Assembly: GCA_020536535.1 (NCBI GenBank)
Contig: JAHLWZ010000807.1
Coordinates: 1-64,000, forward strand
Origin: Pelomyxa schiedti
Taxonomy: Eukaryota; Protista; Evosea
Reading direction: 5' to 3'
Length of the DNA: 64,000 nucleotides
The position numbers and the translations under genes are program-made. The notes below the pieces were generated by a model. It searched no databases. It worked only from the letters and a program-made list of their open reading frames with translations, and had not been told where the DNA came from. This document shows, piece by piece, positions 11,384-24,405 of this stretch; position 1 is the first letter of the stretch, and the number at the start of each line of letters is the position of its first letter.

Positions 11384-13764
11384 ATGAGAAGGGTACCAAC
11401 GGTCCCGCCGAAGGCACCGTTTTTCGTGCTAATGGGCGACGTAGGCTCCGGGAAGTCAACGTTGGTCGAAAAACTCACTGGGTTGACTGGTCTAAGCTCA
11501 CGTCAAAGCATTACGTTCACATTGGACTCCAAGGTTCAGCACCCTTTCTTTTTGTTTTTTTCCTAACCGATGTGTTTCAGGTTTTTATTGTTGACCAAGT
11601 GTGCTGCATCGCCGACACACCAGGGCTGAATTCTATGAAAGGCCGTATTGATCACGCACTGAATGTGCTTGGAGCGATGAGATTCAAACCATTGACGTGC
11701 CTGCTCATGGTTTGCTCCCTCAAGGACAGACTCGATGGTTTGGCACAGGCCGTCAGTGACCTCGTCACTCCGTTCATTGAAGAGTTTGGGAACAACATTG
11801 CGGCCATTGTGACGAAGAACGATATCGTACCTACGATCACGCCTGAGGAAATCCGCACAACACTTGGGGAGCTGGGAGTGGAGAGAGTGATGGTAACGAA
11901 CAAAACCACAACAAAGGCGGAGCTGGTTGCCTTCCTGCAAACCCTTCAGGGAATCCCTCCAATTGATGTCACTATTGCCCCTGCTCAGTTGGTTTCCTAC
12001 TTTAAACTGGCCCCTCCCAACCTGAGGATGCGAGCCGTTTACAACAAATACGTGGCGCACTATAAGAAGCTGGCTGAAACGGGCACACAACGGATGAACT
12101 CATTGCAAGGAGATGACAAACGTGATTTCGCTTTTTCGTTCAAGGCATTCATGTATGATCTCATTCCACAGTATCAGGACCAACTGAACCTGGAATTGGG
12201 AGAATGTGAGGGAAGCCTCCTTTTCTGTGGAGAGATGAAGAAAGAGTTCAAACGACAACTGTTGGAAATCAGAAATCAATGCAAGGAGGAACTCTACCTT
12301 TCCTCCAACTCACAGTTCAGGAAGTGCCCTCACTGTGGAAATGTTTGGGTACTGGTTGAAGGTTGTACAGGAAATACTGTATGTGGAAATCGGCCGCTAG
12401 CTGCTGACGTCTGGCGCCCATTCAGCGTATTTGAGTGGGACGTCAATGCCCTCTCCACTCCGGAGTACAACTGGCCAACAAGCCCTGCCACCACAAGAAC
12501 CCACGCCTGCCGATTCACGAGCGCACAGGTCGCACAGTACTTAGATCATATCAGCGCACCAGAAAAAAGACAAGCAATGATTTTCTTGAACACCCTCTTC
12601 ACAAATACAAGTCAACCAAATCAAGACAATGTCAACCAACAGATAGCTCTACTTGCAGCAGAAACGAAGAGAGAGTTGGAAAGGATGAGCCGTGAGCACA
12701 TTTCTCGGCAGGAAGAAGACTTCAGCCGGGCGTATCGCATACTCTGCCCTCCAAAGGAGGCAGAGATCTTCAGCATCAACCAGCTAAAACTTTGCTTTGA
12801 ATACACCCTTGCCCGTTTCTTTTCACACGAAACTGCAGGGCGCAGACCAGAACTCCCGAAGCCTTGTGGAAGAACCATTTCATGGAAGAACATGGCTCCT
12901 GTGCCCCCACCACCCGAGTGGACAAAACAGTTGGAACACATGGAGAGAACTGTTGATGTGCAGGACTCTACAGTTGACCTCAACCTTCACCAGCATCTCA
13001 GCAGCAAAAGCACGCCACAAGTAGCTGTTGTTGCCGACCCATGCATTACAGAAGCTTTTGACGCTCTGAAAACCATGCGAAAATGGAGCCAGAGTGACAC
13101 TTGCGTTGTGAAGGTTCGCGACATGGCTGATGCTGGCAAGTTCCTCTTCCCACTCCCTGAAAGACCAGCTACCCCTCTTACAAGTGTGCTTGCCAGCAAT
13201 CCCAAGTTCAATGACCCCACTGTGAAAAGTGTGGTGGCCAACAACAGGGAGTGGAATGGCCTCGCGGATGACGAAATTGGACTTGTTGCGTTGTTCGCAT
13301 CTGGCCTGCTTTCTGATAATCTGCACAAGGCATTGGTGTACAGAGAACCAACAGCAGACAACCTTGAAATCGCAAGTCACCTTCTTCAGGTGCTCAATAA
13401 GTGTCCAGCAAAGCCTGGGAAAGTGTACCGGGGAGTAGAACTCCACCAGGCCGCCTCACGTTACGTGCCTGGCAAGTGTGTGATTCAAGATTTTTTTTGT
13501 ACTTGCACCAGGGATTCCCGTATTGTTGAGCAGTATGCAAACACCAGTGGGTCTGTAATGGGGCCTAGGACACTTTTTGAAATTGATCAATTCTCTGGGA
13601 TTGACATCCAGTGCATGGCAGCTCATAGGCCACAAAGCACTCTCTTGACACCAAACACAGTTTTCCAGGTATTAAGTGTGGAACGCGAGAGGAAACTGGA
13701 CAAAATACACCTAAAAGAGGTTCATGGAGATGATCTTCTACTCATCATGGAGCACTCCACCTAG
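11384..13764 (+). CDS. Paralogue C: P-loop GTPase + helical region + Cys knuckle + ART-fold (R-S-E class-like) C-terminal domain lacking the catalytic Glu
   Basis: ATG 11384, G1 GDVGSGKST, intron 11534-11580, DTPG, VTKND, CPHC..VEGC..TVCGNRP. The C-terminus reads LADDEIGLVALF..LHKAL..LLQVLNKCPAKPGKVYRGV..FFCTCT..TLFEIDQFSGIDI..PQSTLLTPNTVFQV..IHLKEV. Confidence 0.85.
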
Positions 13765-13801
13765 GTCTCTGAACACTCATGCATTGTTTGTTACACATTT
13801 G

Positions 13802-13898
13802 AATTGGCTGAAAAAAATATTCAACAGACCGGAACGCTGTCATTTTCCTTATCGTCGCTCAGGATCGGCGGTCTGGTGTTTTTTTTATTTCGCCAATT
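13802..13898. repeat. Dispersed repeat copy 2, an imperfect palindrome (MITE-like)
   Basis: Ends aattggc / gccaatt, inner caacagaccg / cggtctggtg, and an A-run facing a T-run. The core is shared with 5321-5398. Confidence 0.8.
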
Positions 13899-14019
13899 GA
13901 ATTCATTTAATTGGTTGAAAGTTCGGGGTGATTGGGTACAAGGCACGAGTCAAACTGTGGTCATTGAGCAACAGGTGCACAGCAGAGACACAAATCACAG
14001 GAAAAGAACACATCGACAA

Positions 14020-16410
14020 TCAGGACTTCTTTTTGGTTGTTGACGGGAATGTTACGAGCTGTTGAGTTTCAATATCCCCTTTCTTGCATTTCCTGAGTCT
14101 CGTGATTACACACAAGATCAGAAGGATGAGAGTGATAGTTAGTAGAAGTGGTGCATAAAGCCTTCCTGGGGAGTGTGTTCGGGGAGCTGGAACAGAGGCA
14201 AGAGTAAGTGCTGCAACAGCTACTGTGCGAGTGATAGCTGTGTGGTAGTTTTTATCTATTGAACTTGTGGTATCTTTGTTGTCATGATAGCCGGCCCTCC
14301 GGAAGTTATATTCGGCATTGAAGTGCTCGTTCACTAGCACAACCTAAATATGGAGTGAGATGGGGTTACAGCAAAGGGTACTTATACTGGGTAACCAGCT
14401 AAGGCCACAGTTATGCCATCGGTGTTGTAAAGAAAACTTGTGGAGTCCCACCTGTCTGGGGAGATTACCTTCAGATTTGGAGCTTCTTGTTGTGCTGCAG
14501 CCATAAGAATTTTAGCTATGTAAGAAGATTGCCTTGTGTCACTTGGGTTGATCTTGTTTGCGTGAGTACGATAGAAAAAATTAGTGTGGTTACCTGAAAC
14601 GTGTTGTCACTGTTGAACCCAATCATATCCAAAACTATAAATGCTGTAGCATCGCGCCTCATTTCTAAAAGTTTACTAACAAGAAATCTTGCCCCAAGAT
14701 CATCAGCAGGAAATTCCTTTTATTGTGCACTGTCACTCACTACAAGGAAATGGAAGGAATAAAACCTCTCCCACGAGGTGAGCAAGCCAAATATCCCTCT
14801 GAAGAGAACTGACATCTTTCAATACTTGAGCTATGATCATAAGGGCTGCCGTTCCAGAGGCGTCATCATCAGCACCAAGAGACGCAATCAGAGTTTTATT
14901 GGTGGAATACACATCTTCACGCCATGCGACATCAAAGTGATCAGCAATGATAATGGGATACTTCCCGGAATTACTATTTCGACCAGGAATAACCGCCACA
15001 AGGTTTTTGAACGCTTTTCCTTGCCAACTGACTTTTTGCGTCCAAGTTTGCAGTCCCATGCTGGTATAGTATTCGGAGAGGTAGGTGACCACTTCCTGCA
15101 ATTTTGATTCTTCTGCTAAGTTTGAACACTGGCGATGATTTAAGTACAGCATAGGGTGCCTTTCAACAGGTACTTCTCCTGCTTGCTGTTGTGTGAGATA
15201 ATGTAGCTCTTCTGTGAAAGTGCTTGGGAAAGAAATGGTTCGCACGTGCGGTGTATCTTGAAGACTATGCGCTTCTCTCATTGCCTTAGTATTCACCCAG
15301 TTCCATTCCTTGGGCCACTCAACAATTCCATCACATACGTGGAGGAGAAAAGAAGTACTCTCTCCACGTACACGTGGGGGTTGCGGAAGATAGATACAAG
15401 CCCGCTGGTTGAGTTTTGGGGTCACGGAGTACAAATTGGACATCTCCAGAGGCAGCCAGGAAGATCGCCCGGGAAGTGGTACTAAAGTAGAATTGTCCAC
15501 CCATAGACAGTCACCAAAAAAAGGCTTATTAAACCAGAACCACTCAGATGGGGGGCCTAAAACAAGATAAAAAAACATGGATCAAAAAGAAGAATAATGT
15601 ACCTTGGAAGATACACTGCGAACCATAAGTCTCAGAAGGACGGTATAACTCTGCAAATAATGGCTGTGTTTTTTCGTAAGAAGAGGGAAAGAAGGCCCAA
15701 TGGAAATTGCCCTCGCTAAATGATGGAGTACTTGAACGTTTGGATTTCTTCCACCTAGCAATTGCCCAGGTAATTTGGCCAAAGTCATTTTGCACAGGCC
15801 AAGCCTCCACATCAATACACTCAGGGATTTCTGGTTCTATCGGATTGAGCAATATTTTGTGGCTTTTTTGTTTTTTTTTTGTGGTTGGTGTTTTATTTTT
15901 GCTCCATTATCTTTCTAATTTTTGCGCACTTCCAATTGCCGTAGTCTGTGATTCGTTGTTGTTAACAAATAGCATGTCCCATAATCCTCTAAAGTGCGCT
16001 TCACCCAACGCCTTCGCAAAATCCGGCAGGTCAATCCCGCCCCTCGCGCACCCATAACACTCAAACGACGACTCGCACCTCCCAACATCCCCCTCCATCA
16101 CTTTCTCAGTCTCCGTCTCCGTCCCTGCAACCCCAGTCCCAGTCCCAACCCCACTGGCCAACTCCCACATGCTACCACACAGATACAGTGCCGTCCTCTG
16201 TTCCGAGAAGGCATAGTACGTGCCTATCGGCTTGGTCTCGAACACGTGTGCACTCAGAGGTTGCTGCGCCTGTCGTACGGCGTCTCCCTGCAGATCCGAC
16301 GCTGGCCCAACTGCAGTTGCAGTAGATATGAATGAGACTGAGACTGAGGCCAGCAGCGCCCAGTAGCAGTTGCACCCACAAAGTACAACGAAGACCGGGT
16401 GCACGTGCAT
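14020..16410 (-). CDS. M28-family zinc peptidase with N-terminal signal and C-terminal transmembrane anchor (multi-exon)
   Basis: Motifs IADHFD, GADDDASG, VGE|EFPADDLGAR, LDMIG, LYNTDG and GYHDNKDT. Hydrophobic N-terminus from ATG 16410 and C-terminal PLLLTITLILLILCVITRLRK. The 5' exons are less certain. Confidence 0.8.
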
Positions 16411-16567
16411 CGAAAAAAATGGCTGTTTTTCGGATAGAATTTCCAAGAAAGCGCCAAAATCGTGTGATGTAAGAAGGGGTTGTCTTGACAAGACAATTGA
16501 GATAGGGGTTTTTCCTGGTTTTTAAGTTGGGGTATTCACATAGGGGTTACATTGAATCATTCCTCCG

Positions 16568-17566
16568 TCATGAAATCGAGCATGAGTGCTTTGGGTGAGA
16601 ATGTGTTGGGTGGTGGGGATGTGATGAAACTGGGTGTTTCCTGGATTCCTCACGTGCAATCGCCAGTTCTGTCTCGTGCCTACTCTTGCCCTCTTTGATT
16701 GCTTGCAGTTCTCGCTGGCATGAATTAATCATTGACTCATAGCACTCTAGCACACGGTCTCCATTGAGAGCTGAGACCTAAAACCCACCATGTTACAGGG
16801 GAAAATTGGGAGGAAGAAAGAGTGTTGGTAACCTCGTAATACGCCACTGCTAGTGAATCGGCAAGTGCAAATGCTTCTGTTGAGGTTACTTGCCGCTTTA
16901 GGTCGGATTTATTCCCGACCAGAAATACAAGCGGCAGAAGTTCACCTTCCAAACACGTAAATCTGTCAATTTGTTTATGCCATTGCCACGCACACTCGAA
17001 CGATTCGCGATCAGTCAAGTCAAAAATGATAAAGAACCCTGAGTTGACAGTTTGTTAAATTCCCAAAAAAAAAAAAAAAAAGCAAACCTAGACACCTCTT
17101 CATCCAGCTAAGATTTATTTGAGCGAACTTCTCGTCACCAGCTCGATCCCAAATCTATGATAGTATATTGAGGGATTTATGAAAATATCAACAAAGTGTC
17201 CAACATGTAGGGCTATGTCTTTGTATCTTGTAGAAACGTACCCCTCTGTATCAGGTGTGAATTCACCAGAGGCCTACAATATGTTCCATTAACACTTTCA
17301 GTGGTGAGGGAAACAAAAAAAAAAAAAATAAAAATAAAAAACTAAAACTGCAAATGTCCAACAATGAATGACACCTCCACTTGATCAGGGTCCTGGACAG
17401 GACAGGGAGTGCCTTTGATGCAACACCTCATGAATGATGTCTTGCCAGCACCAGACTCGCCCATAACTGCCAAATAGCTCTCGTGGTCCGACACAGTGGC
17501 GAACCTACTCTCCCTGTACGGCCGTGCACTCGTAGAGGTGCTCGTTGTTGCGGTTGTAGTGGCCAT
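16568..17566 (-). CDS. Atypical Ras/Rab-like small GTPase with a CaaX-like end
   Basis: G1 GESGAGKTS, G3 WDRAGDE, G4 VGNKSD, G5 E|VSA, C-terminal CSIS. Short GT-AG introns join the exons. Confidence 0.85.
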
Positions 17567-18906
17567 CGTTTGATTTAGGTGGAACTTTTTAGAAGAAGAA
17601 AACGCGGGGGTAGCCACCCGTGTTATCCTCCAGCCGTAATGCTGTGCTACAGGAACTAGTGGACCGCGTTTTGGCAGGTGATATCTCCCTATGAGTTGAC
17701 CGCTGCAGAAGGCGCCGCTTTGGCCAGACAAACTCGCCGTCTCTGGTAGAGAAGAGACAGCCGAGTCCACAATAGATTTCCGGAGACCCAAGCAATACCC
17801 ACGGGAAACACAATTTATGCTATGTTGTACTGCATGTGAATATCAGTTCTCCTTTTACTACATTGATACAAAGAAGAATGCCACGCTTCTGCGTCGGTGT
17901 GACTTATAGAATTAGGAGGTTCCAAAAACGGGGAAGGGAGGAATGCAACATGCAACTTTCTTGAATCTCACACCCTGCAGCACAGAGTAAAAATATTACC
18001 CAGTACGATAAATATCTGTCTGTATCTGGCAACTCTGGTTTCATTTGGCCTTATAAAGGCACTACTGAATGCAAAGTGACCATTTAAAGAGAGACAATGT
18101 CTCAAAAATCCTCTCTTTCAAGGTACTCAATACAGCAGAAAATTTTATATGTGACGTCCAGAACTGACTCTGGTTCCTTTAGTCCCCGCTGCCAAGGACA
18201 TGGCTTCCTTAAAGATGTGTACAAAATCGCTCCCAATATAATGTGTACACAAAAATGAGAAAGATGCGTGCTGAAGAACGCTGCAATTGACTATTCGTCC
18301 TGTTTGCATGGAGCATCACCCACCAATATCAAAAATTTGCTGCATGATATATTTCTGCGTTGAACCTGATGCCCTCCAGCCACTATGCACACAAAGATAC
18401 CAAACATAATGTTCCATGAACAAAGGTGGATTTTGATTGATCTGGAATTTTGTGCACAGTTCACATGGGAAGCATCCCAAATACATGCCCCCAGAAATAA
18501 CATCTGGCAGAACTAAAGCCTGCCGGAATCACACAGACATGTTCATAGTTCTCGGCCGGACCGTGTGCACGCTTACTGCCACATACACCATCTGGCTGAG
18601 CCTGCAAGTGCCTTGATAGACCAAATGCTGTCTGATAATTCATAAAAGATACCCAGTGCCCTACAAGCACTTGCGTCCTCTTACTTGTCAGAAAGAGAAA
18701 CCATCAGACCCAATCCACCTCTGAAAGTATTTCTCATGTGGTGCAGGGCACTTTTTTTTTTTATCTTTGTGATAGCATTAAGGCTAAGATACATTGTTAT
18801 CCTTTGCTAGCGAAGCTTCGCCGATGGCATCTCTGTTTCATAACTGTAACAATCGATCAATCCAGATTTCTCTCCATTTGCAACACTTTATTGTAGTTGT
18901 TGTACA

Positions 18907-20916
<2,010 letters not shown>

Positions 20917-21008
20917 AATGTAACTATGTCTGTCTACTTGCTTTATATTTTCTTTCAGAAAAAAAGAGACCACATCGGCAATGAATTCACAAACATTTTT
21001 ATTTTGAT

Positions 21009-24000
21009 TTAGAGTTTCCTGCCTCCTGGTAAGGGAGAAACACAACCCCAAGTTTCAGACCACCAGTCCTTTATAGTCTGAATGCTGACAACATGTGATG
21101 AAAACAGCAAGTCAATGAGAGTGGTGATTGTGGCAGCCAGGGCCAGTAGCCGGTCATGCTCGGGCTCAGTTATGGGAGTCAGGTTGGTGAGCTGCTGGAA
21201 CACAAACAAGTAGTCAGTCCCCCTCTTGAGAGGCTGAGTGAGTGCAACTGACAGAGGAAATCCGCCGTACTCATCAAGGTTCTGAAGAATGCCGGTGAGT
21301 ATGAACACAGGTGGATGTGTAGGTAGCAAGATAGAGAAATTGTTTGTTGGTGGGTTTTTTTTTTGTGTCCATCTAATAAGAGGGAGATGTGCTGGGGATA
21401 TGGATGGGGAAGTTTACGTTGAGGACTGTGCCCATACTGGTATCGCTTTGCGTTTTTTGAATGTCAATGAGTGCAAGTATATCAGATTGAAACTGCAGAA
21501 CATAGTCTGAATAAGAACTGTAGGCTCCAGTCTGGAAAATGTTGTGCTTAATAATTTTCTATGCCACTTTTAGGTGAAAAATACTGAATGGAAAGTTTCC
21601 ATAAGATGTGCATTGGAAGGTTTCGCAGAGGCCATTTTTTCACAAAACCTTGGGTGGCAGTAAGTTGGAACTTACATGATCAAGTGCAAGTGATACTCAC
21701 ACAGTGTGTGTCTGTAACAAATTTTCGAAAAGAGCACATGTGGAAACTACCAAAGGATGCTTATTTGTAACGGGATTGGCTTTCAGTGGTCTTACAAATA
21801 TCTGTATTTTATTCATTCAATAAGTTAGATAGTAAGGGAAAACGCACATCATGTGACTTTTCCAGTTCTTCAATATAAGTACTTTCCGTGGCTAAGAGTT
21901 TTGCTATAAGAGTGGATACCCGTTCCTCTCTTGTTCCCTTATTATTTATTAGGGATAAAAATTAGTAGTGAGCTTACATCTGTAAGTTGAAAGCCGGTAT
22001 AAAACATTGATTTTCTTGCTGAGGCACAAGCTTCACTGATTTCAAGTGCCCAAGTCCGTTTCGTAGAGCTAATTGCACTGGCGGTCGCAGAGCTTGATAA
22101 ATTCTTTTGGGTTGTCACTGATGTCTCACATTTCAAGACGGAATTTGGAGAAAACAATAAGAACACTGAGCGAGTATCACCATATTCCAGTGAGCATTTA
22201 CTCAACTCAATTTCATCAATGAATTCGTATTTCTTTGATGCATTTTCGCGTTTGGTAATTACAAGTATGTCAGAGAAGAGCCACATATGAACGTCGTCAT
22301 TGTTCACAATCATCAAACCATCCCGCAGATACTTGCGTTGTGGCATTGCCACAAGCCATGTCTTTTGGAGAAGGTGTGGTGCTGATGGGGGAGCACAAAT
22401 CAGCTTAGAGATGTCAAACAATTTCAGTACATCCTCAATGTTCGGAGTAAATGAGTGTGCATATGCATCCATTTCAATCATGAAGGATGAGGCTTTGAGT
22501 AATTTTGGGTAGTCAGGGTGGTGTTCGTGAGTGAATTGCAGGAGCTTTTCAATGAAGAACGAATCTTTTCATTTATTGGAAGAAGATATACAAAGTGCAC
22601 GCTCACATTTAGAAAACCTATGCAATGGGTCGATGAGTGCTAATTCTACAGGGAATTCAAGTTCATCCAGTGCGTGCTGAAGGAAATGGGAATGCAAAAA
22701 GATTATCATGAAGATAACTACCTCCAAAAAGGCACGGAACTCCGGGTATCTTTTCTTAAATACATCAAAAGAGCCAACACATAGTCCAAATCCATTGATA
22801 AACTGCTCGTACAATGATATCCAGTCATTCTGCAAGGGAAGGTGTGTGCAAGTTCAAGCCTGCTTGTGGGTGGGTGGTGCAAGCAAGTATTGTGCACGTA
22901 AAATATAGGAGAGGTTCGTAGTTTTTACACACGTTTCGTTGATACAAATCTCCGACTTCAGTTGTTTCCTCCTTCCAAGTTGACAATCTTTTCAGGATTG
23001 CTTCGGCAATACTGTAAAATGTCAGACTAGTCCTGATTAAAATGAATAAATACCCTTGGTGGTGCAGTTGAAGGGCTGTTAAGTTGCACCAAAAATGTAA
23101 GTCATCACTCTTAGGTAAAAGAAAAAACCTTCTACATTGGACATCATGAATGCCATTTCCTCTACACTAATTGGAATTTGTGTCGAATGTATTTGTCTAA
23201 AATACTGGCGTGCATTGAGTATAATAGGAGGAAAAAAAGGAAACGAGGCCTACTGCCATGGCAATCTTTGTTCTGGAAACAAAATGCTTCTCCTCCATAC
23301 ACAAGCACTCAATGACATTTCTTCTACAAGTTGCGTCTTCAAGTTTGAATACAATAGGTGCAGGTTGGTCTTCCAGGAGTGACAGAGTGATATCAAGCTG
23401 CCTGTGTAATAGTGTTCACATTTTGTACTTTACTCTTTTCAATAAAGGAGTATCATTTGTACTTATTTCGATCCAGAAGATCATTTAATTCCCCTGTCAC
23501 AGCGGCAATATTAGCTTCCAAATCTTTTGTGATTTGCTAATAACATTTAGTTAGACTTCCAACGATAAGTGCCTCATTTAGGATGATTTCAAAAAAAAAA
23601 AAAAAAAAAAAAATCCAACGACTTGGCATTTTGTTGTTGTTGTTGGAACTGTTCATACACACATCGGCAGTTATGGGATCGTCCAGCCTGTGAGATGCAA
23701 CGGCCAGCCTCTCATTTGGCAGAGGTGGGGAGCTAAATTCGTTCCTCTGAGAACCCCAAGTTGGCGCCTCGTAAAAGTCGCCGTAAAACCTCGTGTCAAC
23801 GTCGTCCACGTTCTCGCTGGCCCTAAATCCCAGTCCCAGTCCATAGTCCTCATCTGACCCAGATCCCAAGCCCAGCAACTTCCCACAAGTCTGTTTCCCC
23901 GTCGGCGACGTGGTCTTGGACGACGCTGTGGCCGTCGACGCAGTCGCGGTAGCTGTTGCAGTTGCATTCGCAGCGGCTGATGACGTGGCGGCGGTTGAAG

Positions 24001-24214
24001 GGACGGTGAAAATCGAAGGGGTGTCCCATTGCCTGACGCCGTTCAGGGTGTCGTACCAGTAGTAGGCGCACACGCTCTCGCACCACACGCGACGAACCGA
24101 CGACGAAGAGGAGAAGCATAGAGTGGTCGGGGCCGGCGGAATTATGGGGGGAGGAGGCACCAGTAGCGCCGATGTGTCGCTCAGAAAGTCGTCGAAAAGC
24201 TCGGCGGCCGTCAT
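21009..24214 (-). CDS. Multi-exon Rho-regulator-like protein: WW-like domain, DH (RhoGEF)-PH tandem, possible GAP-like C-terminal region
   Basis: AYYWYDTLNGVRQWDTP (WW), ALIDPLHRF and LLQFTHEHHPDYPKL (DH), RKYLRDG..HMWLFSDILVITK..KYEFIDEIEL (PH). The 3' exons are not fully resolved, and ATG 24262 is an alternative start. Confidence 0.65.
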
Positions 24215-24405
24215 TTGTTTTGTGACTTTTGGAATTCCTGCTTTTCGAAGAAGACGAAGCATAGATCGATAGCGGAGCCAACAACAGCGCCTTTAACTTG
24301 CTGGACACTTGTTTCTGCACATAGTTGGTATGCAGACACACCTGCTCTTGGCCACACAAAAATGAATCTTTTTCTGAGAACCCTGAACCAAGGAAAACTG
24401 CCGAC

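Noticed and set aside
11311-11580. N-terminus of the 817-aa ORF (and likewise the GTG start of ORF 8161)
   Set aside because: Wrong frame; the P-loop exon starts at ATG 11384 (8066 for B) and joins by splicing.
17800-18840. 1-kb gap with short ORFs between the small GTPase and GCN5
   Set aside because: I could not build a spliced frame or recognise any motif.
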